A program made the translations under genes and the position numbers. DNA of 64,000 nt from Dehalococcoidia bacterium (GTDB taxonomy: Bacteria; Chloroflexota; Dehalococcoidia; Plut-88900): assembly GCA_965197585.1 (NCBI GenBank), contig OZ240215.1:224001-288000 (forward strand). The letters are read 5' to 3'. Position 1 is the stretch's first letter. Each line of letters opens with the position of its first letter. The notes beneath the pieces are model-generated. The model saw only the letters and a list, made by a program, of their open reading frames with translations. It was not told where the DNA came from and searched no databases. Shown in pieces: positions 19,367-28,668 of this stretch.

Positions 19367-19560
19367 ACCAGGAGGTGACCGCCACCGCGGCCGCCACCGG
19401 CGCCAACCCCCCGGCCCAGCCCACGAACCTCCAGGCCTCGGCGGTACACGATTCGGTCACCCTCACCTGGACGGCCTCGACGGACCAGACGGTCACCCAC
19501 TACGCCATCCTCCGCCGCAACCCGGACACCGACGCATCGCAGGTCTTCCACGTCATCCTC
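19263..19560 (+). pseudogene. Frameshifted, truncated secreted fibronectin type III protein (shares cassette with the giant gene)
   Basis: MTTSRRLA start; extra C at 19292-19295 relative to copy 1; then PPAQPTNLQASAVHDSVTLTWTASTDQTVTHYAILRR (Fn3), breaking off at ~19560. Confidence 0.8.
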
Positions 19561-19711
19561 CGACCGTCGAAGCGGTTCGGGGAGGCGGTAGGCTTTCTCG
19601 CGGCCAGTGTTGGATCTGTCCATCGAGACAGGTTTACACAGTTCGATGAAAACGGCAGCCATGACGATGAAGTATACGGTGAAGAGAAAACTAAAGTGCT
19701 AGGAGGAGATA

Positions 19712-19915
19712 ATGACGCCTGGACCGGAACAAGACCGATTTGGCGAGATGTTGGAACAGTTCAACAGGGGTCTTGATGACCTGGAGAGTAAGCGCCGACG
19801 ATGGGCTAGCACGGGAGATCATCCTTACCACGAGCTCTTTTCCAACTTATTGCGCTACCAGCTTGACATGATAGTTCTGCTCGAAAACCGGATGCGCAAG
19901 CTGGAAGACCAATAA
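19712..19915 (+). CDS. Small hypothetical helical protein
   Basis: Strong RBS AGGAGGAG before ATG; coiled-coil-like composition. Confidence 0.55.
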   Translation: MTPGPEQDRFGEMLEQFNRGLDDLESKRRRWASTGDHPYHELFSNLLRYQLDMIVLLENRMRKLEDQ

Positions 19916-21039
19916 GGAGAATGCCGTTCAGTCCAGGATAGACAACCTCGGCCATCCATCTGCTTACATCAGTGTGGAGACACGAGAGGAGTTATTGGCA
20001 TGCGACTCGTGATATCCCGGAATCGATAAGAAATTTATTGTCACCGGTATCAGCTCTGAACAGGCCTTACACCCGGCGGGTGCACTTAGGTTTTTTGGGC
20101 AAACGGCATTGAGCCGCAACCCCCTCAAGATGAAGGGTAGCCTCCGAAAATGCAGCTCAAGGTCACAGGAAGGGTGTGCCTCCCTGAAGTTAAGAAGAGA
20201 CAAATTAATCGATCCCAATGACACCCGGAATGTATGCATCGGGTTGGAGAAGCAAGAAGGATGGTCGAGATTCGGCTGCGGCCTTGGCGCAAGCTCACGG
20301 ATGGTCTTCAGAAATGGTATGAATCGGGCTGCGCCGGCTTGACTATCAATGCAAAAGAATGTGTGCCGAGGGTGGCAATATGCCGATGGACCTGATGTGG
20401 CATGAAGGGCTCCCCCAGACAGCGCACTCACGTATTCAAAGTAGGAACAAGGATAACCCTCACAAACAGACGCCGACCCGCCATTCCGTTTGCCACCCCA
20501 AGGAGTATTGCGTGCGGTGCAATTTCTGATATCGAACGACTTCTAACGACAACTGCTGTGTGTGTGATGTTTCCGACCTACGCCCGGTGCTCAAGAGATA
20601 GCCACAAACGATACGCCATCCCGGCTGAGATGGTGGAAGTCTATCGGGTTCAATGGCTAGTGACCCTTGTCGGAGTCTGCTGGCGGTTGAAGGATAGTCT
20701 TTCGGATAGTGACGTTGTCCGTCGCTGGGGCGAAGCGATACGAATGGGAGCGACAATATCTGATTCTTACTGACGATGGCCGTGGTTCGGTTTGGCGCAG
20801 CCTTCTCCTGTTCCGGGCAGGAGGGGGCTGCGCCAAACCCATCCGCCGAGGCTCCGGACTCCACGTCAAACACCTGGTCATGGCGCTGGTCATCATGTTC
20901 GTCTGCATACTACTCGCGAATATGATCCCGAACGGTCCCGTAGGCCATTTAGCGTATGCGCAGACGGCCGACTCTTCCCTTCTTCACCCTCCTGCTCGGC
21001 CCCAAGACCGCCGGCCAGGCCCAGGAGACCGTAGAGCGC

Positions 21040-21396
21040 CTCGCCCTTGATGCCATCGCTTTCCTGGTCCTTGGTCCTCAGCTCGGGCGTGGTGGGTTGG
21101 GACTTTTCCTGTTTCGCGTCGGTGAAGAAGTTCATCTCCTCCATCCGGCCCGGCCGAGTGGACAGCACAGGCACGTAGGGGTCCCAGAAAAGTTTGGGTT
21201 TCGCTCCGACACCGGAGCCCCCGCCAAATCCAAGCTGCTTGCCCCCGGCGAAACATTGCTCGCAGATCTCCGTGCCTTCCACGTGCGGCATCCGGTCCCT
21301 CAGGTGGTCCGGGGCGCTGGGGGTGAACAGGTCCGCGGGCAGCCACGGTATGTCCACGCGGCAGTCCCCAGAGATTACCTTCCCCGTGTAACCCAC
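21040..21396 (-). pseudogene. Degenerate amidohydrolase-family N-terminal fragment
   Basis: VISGDCRVDIPWLPADLF...LRDRMPHV resembles IISADSH..P..LF...RAPR of 60688-61803, but the metal His is lost and the rest is missing. Confidence 0.55.
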
Positions 21397-21662
21397 GGTG
21401 TTCCCCCGCAGAAAACTCTAAGTTATGCCGATGGGAGTGGCGCGGCATATGGGCTTGTCTGCGCAAAGTCCAACCTCTTCTTCCCCTCCCCGGACAAGTC
21501 CCTCCGCCTACCCAATGCCTTTGCCCTTCCTACCGTCTCGTCCACTATCCTCATCATGACACCATTCCAGGTGTCACCTGTCTTTCCGAACGAGAACGGA
21601 TGGTTGACAGGTTAAGACGGATGGAGCACGATACCAGTAAGACCCGTTAACAAGAGGTGCAC

Positions 21663-21920
21663 ATGCCACGTACGACCAAGACCATCACCTTCTCATTGCC
21701 ACCGGATATGGCCGATAGGGTGAACGAGGTGATGAAGCAGCAGGGGAGGTCGAGGAGTGAGTTCCTTCGGGAAGCGCTGCTCCGCTACATCGAAGAGTGT
21801 GAGTGGAGACAGCTGACGCAGTACGGGGAAAGGAAGGCCAGGGAACGGGGCATCGGCCCGGAGGACGTCGCTTCTCTGGTGGATGAGTACAGGGCGGAGA
21901 CCGGTTCGTCCTCGACATGA
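21663..21920 (+). CDS. CopG/ribbon-helix-helix antitoxin
   Basis: TKTITFSLPPDM...RSRSEFLREAL RHH signature; ATGA overlap with PIN gene. Confidence 0.85.
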   Translation: MPRTTKTITFSLPPDMADRVNEVMKQQGRSRSEFLREALLRYIEECEWRQLTQYGERKARERGIGPEDVASLVDEYRAETGSSST

Positions 21921-22080
21921 GGGTGGTCCTCGACACCAACGTCATCGTCTCCGGCCTGAACTTCCCGGGAAACGAGCGCCTCGTCCTGGAATTGGCTCTC
22001 AGGGGACGGTTCCAGATGTACCTGTCTCCCTTCATCCTTGAGGAAGTTGAGGGGGTGCTGGGGAGCAAGTTCGGCTGGAT
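21917..22080 (+). pseudogene. Truncated PIN-domain (VapC-like) toxin
   Basis: MRVVLDTNVIVSG...SPFILEE; only ~54 homologous codons before the junction with the convergent gene. Confidence 0.8.
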
Positions 22081-22229
22081 ACCAGGGCCGGGTCTAGGGG
22101 CTGGGACAGCTCTTTCGTAACCCGGGGAGGGAGGCTGTCCCAGAGAAGGTCCAGTTCCCTGTCACCCATCGGGGTGGTGTCGGGCCGGACGCCGTTCGTG
22201 CTGCCGTTCCTGTGCGTTCCGTTCGTCAT
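22073..22229 (-). pseudogene. Truncated Rad52/Rad22-like (Sak-type) ssDNA annealing protein N-terminus
   Basis: RBS AAGGAG, ATG at 22229; LWDSLPPRVTKELSQPLDPALVS resembles the start of Rad52/22-family proteins (recalled, not searched); cut at ~22075. Confidence 0.5.
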
Positions 22230-22512
22230 GATGTGTCTCCTTTGCGATGCTCTTCTGGCTCTTCCAATGGACCGGGGCGGGCCTGCGATGGGGTCCGTGA
22301 GCGGCGTCCGTACCGGTGTGGCCGGTACAGGCGCCGCCATGGCACGGGCATGGGGATTCCCGCGTGGGGGCGCGCAAGGGCGCGGGCCGAGAGGGGGTTG
22401 TGGGGGAGGGGCTATGGGAAGGGGTGGGATGGGGGTTGATGAGGGGGTGATTAAGCAGGTGGGGTTGGGGGAGGATTGGGGCCTTGGCACGGTGCGGGGT
22501 AGGGGTGGCCCC

Positions 22513-23554
22513 CTACCGGGCGGCTCTTGCCGCCCGCTCCAGCAGGCGCAGGAACAGGTCCCTTCCGGAGGCGTGGGCCGCAAGCTCGCCCACGTCGCCG
22601 ACGCCCTGGGGAAGGGTGACGGCGGCGGCCCTGCGTCCGAGCAGGTTACTGAGCCGCTCCGTCGCCACCCGGCCCGCGTCGTCTGAGTCGAAGGCGAGGA
22701 AGACCCGGTGACAACCCCGGAGGGCGGAGGCGACCCGCTCGACCCCCTGGGCGCCCAGGGCGGCCACCGCCGGAATGCCCCATCCTGTGAGGGCGAGCCA
22801 GTCGAACAGGCCTTCGGCCACGACGGCAAGGGGCGGAGCGGGGCCGAGTCTCCCGAGTCCGAGCACCGGCTTGGGGCCGGGAAGGGCCTGGAACCGGGGC
22901 CTCAGCTCCGGGTTCAGGGCCCGGCCCGCGAGCCATCGGACGAGGCCGCCGGCGACGTCGGGGACGACGACCATGCCGGCGAACCGCTCCCCGCCCCATG
23001 AGGAGCCCCGAGTCCTGGATGCGCTTATCCGGGAAGCCGCGGAACTCGAGGGCCCGCCGCAGCCCGCCGCCCGGCGAGTAGCCGAGGCATAGGCGGGCTG
23101 CGGCGGCCGGGCCCACGCCCCGGGAGGCCAGGTATTCCCGCCCCTCGGAGCGGTGGCGCAGCTGCCTGGCGTAGAACTGGGCGGCCTCCGTCAGCAGGGC
23201 GGGGTAGCGGGGAGGCAGAGCGGAGGAGCTGGGACGCCGCGTTCCGGCTGGACGGGATGCGGCCCCGGGCGCAGGACCCGGGCTGCCATCCAGACGGCGG
23301 ATCGCCTCCGGCAGCGTGAGACCCTCGGCCCGCTGGACGAAGTCCAGCACGTCCCCTCCGAGGCCGCAGCCGAAGCAGTAGAACCGCTCAGAGTCTGCGT
23401 AGACCGTGAAGCTGCCCTCGGCCTCATCGTGGAAGGGGCAGACGCCCTGCCGTACCCGGCCCCTTCCCCTGAGGCCTACGCCCGAGGCCTCCACCGTGTC
23501 ACCCAGCGGGTGCCGGGCTTTCAGCGCGGGGATGTCGACGCTGGCCGCGTCCAT
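22513..23554 (-). pseudogene. DnaG-like primase (CHC2 zinc finger + TOPRIM), frameshifted near 22990
   Basis: CPFHDE...FYCFGC, YLASRG, LGYSP; after the shift ERFAGMVVVP...AEGLFDWL...FDSDDAG; TGATG overlap with the upstream gene. Confidence 0.85.
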
Positions 23555-24021
23555 CACGCACCCCCTTTCGCCAGGGGCCGGAGGCCCCGCAGGCTGCGCC
23601 CCGAGACGACCTTGCCGGGCCGCCAGCGCATCCCCAGCACGGCCACGACCTCCATGGAGCCGTCGACCCGCGGCGCCAGAGCCGCGGCCCTGCCCGTGTC
23701 CTGGCTGTAGACCGCCACGTCGCGGCCCCCGAACCTCCGCCTGACCATCTGCTTCCACTCGGCGAAGGCCCACCGGGCCTCCCAGGGCGCCGCCCTCGCC
23801 GCGTCCACCCCGCCGAGCACCGTCAGTGCGGCGTCCACGTCCCCCGCCTGCCTGAGCCGCCTCGCCTCGTGGATGGTCCGCGTCGCGCTGGGCGCCGCCT
23901 CCACAGTCTCCTCCCCGAACAGCGCCGCTATTAGCCGGTCCACCAGCTCTTCGAGGCTCCGCCGGGGCCGCACCGCCGTCTCCATCGTCCGATTGCCAGC
24001 TGCCAATGTTGCCGTCGTCAC
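23554..24021 (-). CDS. ICE hypothetical protein
   Basis: RBS AAGGAGGT before GTG; translationally coupled to the primase. Confidence 0.7.
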   Translation of the reverse strand: MTTATLAAGNRTMETAVRPRRSLEELVDRLIAALFGEETVEAAPSATRTIHEARRLRQAGDVDAALTVLGGVDAARAAPWEARWAFAEWKQMVRRRFGGRDVAVYSQDTGRAAALAPRVDGSMEVVAVLGMRWRPGKVVSGRSLRGLRPLAKGGA

Positions 24022-24080
24022 GTTGCACCTCCTTAGTGCCTATGCCTTGTTTCCGTCGCCTCTAGCGCCCCCTTGGGGGC

Positions 24081-24117
24081 AAAGAAGAAGGGCCGCCTCC
24101 GGTGGGAGGCGACCCTT
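24081..24117 (-). terminator. Probable intrinsic terminator
   Basis: Minus strand AAGGGTCGCCTCC-CACC-GGAGGCGGCCCTT followed by CTTCTTT. Confidence 0.55.
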
Positions 24118-24146
24118 GCGTTGCATATGTTTCGGGACCCGAACCG

Positions 24147-24641
24147 TCAGCGCCTGGACCGCCGCACAGTGCGCCTAATGAGGAGCCGCCTGAGCAGCAG
24201 CGCGCCGATGCCCAGCCCGAGCAGATTGAGCGCCGCCTCCTCAAGTCCCAGGCCCAGCAGCAGCGGCGCCGCAATGACCAGCGCCGCAACCCCTGCCAGT
24301 GCGATCCGCCTCCTCGTCCACCGCTTCTTCCTGGGGGCGTTTGCCGCGGCGCCGCTCCCCGGTTCCCAGGCCGTTCGGATGGGCAGCCCGATGAGGGCCT
24401 CCAGCCGGGCGAGGATCACGCCGGGTATGCATCCCCCGGAGTGGCACCGTACGTCGATGCCGCCCCCGTCCGGCCTCTGCCTGAACGCCAGCCCGTCGGA
24501 GCGGCCGCCATGGCAGATGGCCGTGGTGGTCCGGAACCAGCCCCGCTCGATGCTTACCCGGTGGGGCACCAGCTCCGCTATCCGCGACGCGCTGGGTCCA
24601 ACGTACCGCCCCGTCCCGTCTACTGTCCGTGAATTGTTCAT
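24147..24641 (-). CDS. Zinc-ribbon (primase-like C-H...C-C) protein with C-terminal transmembrane hairpin
   Basis: RBS GAAGGAGGT, ATG at 24641; ICHGG...VRCHSGGC, then two hydrophobic segments flanked by Arg-rich stretches. Confidence 0.7.
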   Translation of the reverse strand: MNNSRTVDGTGRYVGPSASRIAELVPHRVSIERGWFRTTTAICHGGRSDGLAFRQRPDGGGIDVRCHSGGCIPGVILARLEALIGLPIRTAWEPGSGAAANAPRKKRWTRRRIALAGVAALVIAAPLLLGLGLEEAALNLLGLGIGALLLRRLLIRRTVRRSRR

Positions 24642-24685
24642 CCTTTCGCTACCTCCTTCGCTATGTGTCCTATTTCCATGTCCGA

Positions 24686-25066
24686 TTGCCGAAGACGCAG
24701 CTCGACCCGGTGCGGATTCAGTCCATCGGGGTGGCTGCAAGACGTGAAGCGGCCAGCCTGGCTCGCGGTGGCAGACCGGCGCGTGCAAGAGTTGCGGCCC
24801 GGCGGGGTTGCCGTCACGCCGCAGACGTGAGGATCCGGCCGGAGCGGCGTATGCACTTCGGCCTAGGGGTCGAGGACGAGGCGCCGGATGCGCTGCGTCC
24901 CTTGCGTCCAACGGCGTGAGCGAGTGAGCCCAACCGCAAGAGCGTGCCCGGCGAAAGAAACGACCAACTGCGAACGCCGGACTGGACCGAGGACGAAGGG
25001 ATTCATCGACTCCGTCGTTACGGCCCGCGCTGCTTGCGGAGAACCAGGTCGAATCCGCAGCGGCAG
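24686..25066 (+). other. Long nested stem-loop element (candidate ssDNA promoter/single-strand origin or ncRNA)
   Basis: Seven nested stems listed in findings; G-T pairs favour folding of the + strand. Confidence 0.6.
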
Positions 25067-25080
25067 CATTCCCTCGTGGG

Positions 25081-26136
25081 CTACCAGTCAGGAGAGCGAA
25101 TCATCCTCTGGTCGGACCCGGGCAACAGGGATCGCGCCCCCAGGTTTCTGTGGCGGGAAACCTTGGTTGAAAGCCAAACATCGAGAATATGATCGCTGAG
25201 CGTGGTCACGCGGGTAAGGGCCTGCAGGACCCCCCTCGAAAAGTGTTCACAAAAGTTCACAGCGAATGGCGGGCGCCCCGGGTACCGCCACCACAGTCCG
25301 AAGGTGCAGACCCGCCTGACCCGCCGGAGGAGCTCGCGTCTGGCCCTCGCTCTCCGCGTGTCCGACAGCGCGGTCCTCCGCCAGTTGACCTGGCCGTTGC
25401 GGTCGAAGCCCCGCAGAGGAAACTTCGCCGGGGGAAGCGTCAGGCCGTGCTCCTCCAACAGGGTCAGCTCTGCCGTCAGGAACCGCTCCTCGGCCAGCAG
25501 CCACTGAAGGCCCCTGCCACTGTTGGGATGGGTCGCCTTCAGCTCCCGCCACTCGACGATCAGCGGCCATGCGTCGCCGAAGGCCTCCTCGTCGCCCGGG
25601 GCCGGCTCAAGGGTCACCAGATCGGGGTACTCACGCCGCAGGGGAGCCTTCCCCTCAGGCTGCACCCCGCCGTCCCTCCCGCTCGTGTCGTTCGGCCCGC
25701 CATCGGCGGCGCCCTGCGCCTTCAGGCCGGCCATCGCCCGCTCCATCACCCGGTGCGCCTGGGAATGCTCCTCCCGGACGGCACTCGTCGCCTCCTCGCA
25801 GGCCCTGCGTCCGGCGCTCGTCTCATTGGCGACCATCTCGATGCGGCTCTCCAGGTCGTCCAGCCGGTCTGACAGCTTGTCGTTGCGGTCCCGTTGCTCT
25901 GCGGCTGCCGAGCCCAGCCCGTACTGAAGGGCCTTGTCCAACGCACCCCGGATGCGCCTCGACAGCACGCCCTCGTCCAGGCTGGCGTCCAGCGTCCGGC
26001 GGTCGACGCCCAGGAGTGCAGCCGCTTTCTTGCGCCCGTGGTCGCGCTCAAGCTCCTGCAGCAGCGCCATGAACCGCAGGTGTTGCATGTCCCTTACGCT
26101 CCTGCTCTTCTCGAACACGTCGTTCTTCGTATCCAT
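25081..26136 (-). CDS. ICE hypothetical protein, N-terminal HTH-like segment plus coiled coil
   Basis: RBS GGAGG; GRKKAAALLGVDRRTL HTH-like; coding quality drops after FGLWWR (~25285), so the C-terminal ~65 aa may be read-through. Confidence 0.7.
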   Translation of the reverse strand: MDTKNDVFEKSRSVRDMQHLRFMALLQELERDHGRKKAAALLGVDRRTLDASLDEGVLSRRIRGALDKALQYGLGSAAAEQRDRNDKLSDRLDDLESRIEMVANETSAGRRACEEATSAVREEHSQAHRVMERAMAGLKAQGAADGGPNDTSGRDGGVQPEGKAPLRREYPDLVTLEPAPGDEEAFGDAWPLIVEWRELKATHPNSGRGLQWLLAEERFLTAELTLLEEHGLTLPPAKFPLRGFDRNGQVNWRRTALSDTRRARARRELLRRVRRVCTFGLWWRYPGRPPFAVNFCEHFSRGVLQALTRVTTLSDHILDVWLSTKVSRHRNLGARSLLPGSDQRMIRSPDW

Positions 26137-26589
26137 CAGCCCTCCTGCTCCTCACCGGCCACAGTCCAGTGCCCCGCCCACTCCGCCGGACCGCATTGCC
26201 ACCGGCTGCCTCATGTGGACCACCTGTAGGGGGTCTTGCACGATTTAGGCCCGCTGGGCGGTTTCGCCATGTGGCCCACCAGGGCCTGCGATGTATCGCC
26301 GGGCCGGAATGGGGACTTGCGCCAAAGTGTTCACAACTTTTGTTCCTTTTCGCCGTCATTTGTTCCTCTTTCAGCTTGTCCACGACAGGACCTAAAACTG
26401 TGCAACTAAAGTCGAATTCCAGTACACCCCCATTACTTCATAAGAGGCGCCGTCTGAACAGGTGGCAAATGGGGGAACGCAAATGTAGGAGCCGCCATAG
26501 GAGGTTATTTAGAACTTTTCGCTTGTTCACACTCTTTTGCAGACGCTGCGATTCCATGAATCGTACAAAACCGCAGGGAGGTGAATGCG

Positions 26590-27183
26590 TTGGCGCTGAA
26601 ATCGAGATATCGGTCGGTCAGGCAACTTTTGCCGCTGGTAAGCACCCTGCTTTTGGCGGCGCTTCTGGCAATTGCATCAAGTGGCATCGTTCTGGCCCAG
26701 GCCCCCGGCCTCACCTTCGTCAACGAGGACCGTGAGGTTGTGGAACGAAAGAAGGACGGCAGGTTCATTGCCCGTCCCGTCTTCAGCCGGGAGCTGGACG
26801 TCCTCTACTACGCCGTCCGCGATGCGGACAACGGCGACTGGTTGACCCTGATGTATCGGGTGCAGGGCGGCGAGAAGAAGCTGAAGGACGGCTGGGAGTA
26901 TTCCTGGGAGTACCCGGCCCTGTCCGAGCAGCCCGACCTGGACCCCGGGAAGGCCTACCTGCTGGTGATCGGCGTCCCCGCCGACGCCCAGGGCGGCCCC
27001 TACGTCTTCCACGCCCTTGTACCCGTGTACCAGCCCAGCGGGATTTTCGACCGGATCCTGGCGGCCCTCAACCCCGCCAGGTGGGCAAAGGCCTTCGCCC
27101 GCTGGGTGATAGAGGGCGTCCACGGCGGCCTGTGTGGGGTCGTTGAGCGGGCCACAAGGACCGAGATCGACAACTGCGGCTAA
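26590..27183 (+). CDS. Exported ICE protein, first gene of transfer operon
   Basis: GGAGG then TTG at 26590; signal peptide ending VLA-Q. Confidence 0.75.
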   Translation: MALKSRYRSVRQLLPLVSTLLLAALLAIASSGIVLAQAPGLTFVNEDREVVERKKDGRFIARPVFSRELDVLYYAVRDADNGDWLTLMYRVQGGEKKLKDGWEYSWEYPALSEQPDLDPGKAYLLVIGVPADAQGGPYVFHALVPVYQPSGIFDRILAALNPARWAKAFARWVIEGVHGGLCGVVERATRTEIDNCG

Positions 27184-27197
27184 GGACTCTATATGCC

Positions 27198-28184
27198 ATG
27201 AACGACATCCTCACCGGAACTCCCCCCGAGCTGACCTACCTGCACCCCATGGTGCGGGAGGCCTGGATGGTGGTCTGGGGCATCACCTCCGGGGCCCTCA
27301 TCGTCATCCTGGGCTGGATGGGCCTGAGCCTCATCATGCAGAACCTCCTGGGCCATACCAGCACCGGATGGCGGGAGACGGTCCCCCGGCTGGTGCTGGG
27401 CCTTGTGGCCGCCGCCACCTCCTACTGGTGGTGCGCCCTGGTCATCGACGTGGCCCACGTCGTCTCCAAGTACATCGCCGCGGAACTGGACGTAACCCCC
27501 GGCGACCTGCTGAGAGCGCCCCTGGAGACGTTCCTCAGGACGGTGGAGGCGGGGAGCGTGGGCATGGCCCAGTTGGTGGCCCTGCTCTACGTGGTCTACG
27601 GGTTCTTCGTCCTCTACGTCCTGGTGCAGCTGGTCTTGAGGCTGGCCCTTATCGACATCCTGCTGGCCCTTGCGCCCATAGCGTTGGGCCTCTGGATACT
27701 GCCCCATACGGCGGGCTGGGGACGTCACTGGCTGAAGCTCTTCCTGACCACGGTGTTCCAGCAGTCGATCCAGCTGATAGCCCTGGCCCTGGGGTTTGGG
27801 TTCCTGAGGCAGTACGCCGCCATAGAGGCCTTCGAGCCGGCCCAGGACCTGGTGTGGAAGCTGCTGATGTCGGTGGCCTTCGTCTACATGGCGACGAGAG
27901 TGCCCTCGATCCTGGGCAACGCCGGTACCTTCGACTCCTGGGTGAGCACCCTCTACTTCGGCCTCAACCTGCCGGGGACCCTGATGCGCTCTGCCAAGAC
28001 GATTGGGCTGCTCTCCGGGGGAATGGGTGGGGGGCCTGCAGGAGCAGCAGTGGGGGCGGTGGCTGCCACGGCGGCGGGGACCGGCGCGGGTGCGGCCTCG
28101 GGCCTTCGCTCGGCTGCGGAAGGTGCAACCGCCGGTGGAGATGCGACCGGGGCCGGGCCTGCCCCGAGGAGCAGCGGCGAGTGA
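27198..28184 (+). CDS. VirB6/TrbL-like polytopic conjugation membrane protein
   Basis: Multiple TMs; LRLALIDILLALAPIAL...ILPHT...W; Gly/Ala-rich tail. Confidence 0.8.
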   Translation: MNDILTGTPPELTYLHPMVREAWMVVWGITSGALIVILGWMGLSLIMQNLLGHTSTGWRETVPRLVLGLVAAATSYWWCALVIDVAHVVSKYIAAELDVTPGDLLRAPLETFLRTVEAGSVGMAQLVALLYVVYGFFVLYVLVQLVLRLALIDILLALAPIALGLWILPHTAGWGRHWLKLFLTTVFQQSIQLIALALGFGFLRQYAAIEAFEPAQDLVWKLLMSVAFVYMATRVPSILGNAGTFDSWVSTLYFGLNLPGTLMRSAKTIGLLSGGMGGGPAGAAVGAVAATAAGTGAGAASGLRSAAEGATAGGDATGAGPAPRSSGE

Positions 28185-28349
28185 GCCCACTTATTTCGAT
28201 AGACGGGACTTCGACAGATACACGAAACGAACAGATAGACGAGAAGGCACGAGGAGGTCAAGAGATGTGCAGCTAGGCAAGCGAGAACGACGCGACCCCT
28301 GGACCAGGGATAAAGACTCCCAAACAGCAACGGAAACAGGAGAAAGCGA

Positions 28350-28643
28350 ATGGAACAGTTGACCCAGACCATATCGAACATCGTGGGGATCATGATGGGG
28401 GTGGTGGGTGCGGTGGGCGTGGCCTACTTCGTCTACGGGGCCTTCCTGTACATGACGGCAGGCGGCGGGCCGCAGCAGATGGACCGGGGGAAGAGCGCCA
28501 TGCTCACCTCCCTGGCGGGTGTCGTGCTGGCGCTGCTGGCCTACGTGGTCGTTGAGGTGGTGACCGGTGCAATCGTCGCCCCGGGCGTCGATGTGGATAT
28601 CCCCGAGCCCGGCACCCCCACGCCAACACCAGACGGGGGATAG
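28350..28643 (+). CDS. VirB2/TrbC-like pilin
   Basis: Two TMs around YMTAGGGPQQMDRGKSAM motif. Confidence 0.75.
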   Translation: MEQLTQTISNIVGIMMGVVGAVGVAYFVYGAFLYMTAGGGPQQMDRGKSAMLTSLAGVVLALLAYVVVEVVTGAIVAPGVDVDIPEPGTPTPTPDGG

Positions 28644-28668
28644 GCAAAGCAGAAGTGGAGGAAGAGTC

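Noticed and set aside
19964-20873. ORFs 19964-20431, 20402-20773 and 20460-20873
   Set aside because: No RBS, motif or typical codon bias visible; not called
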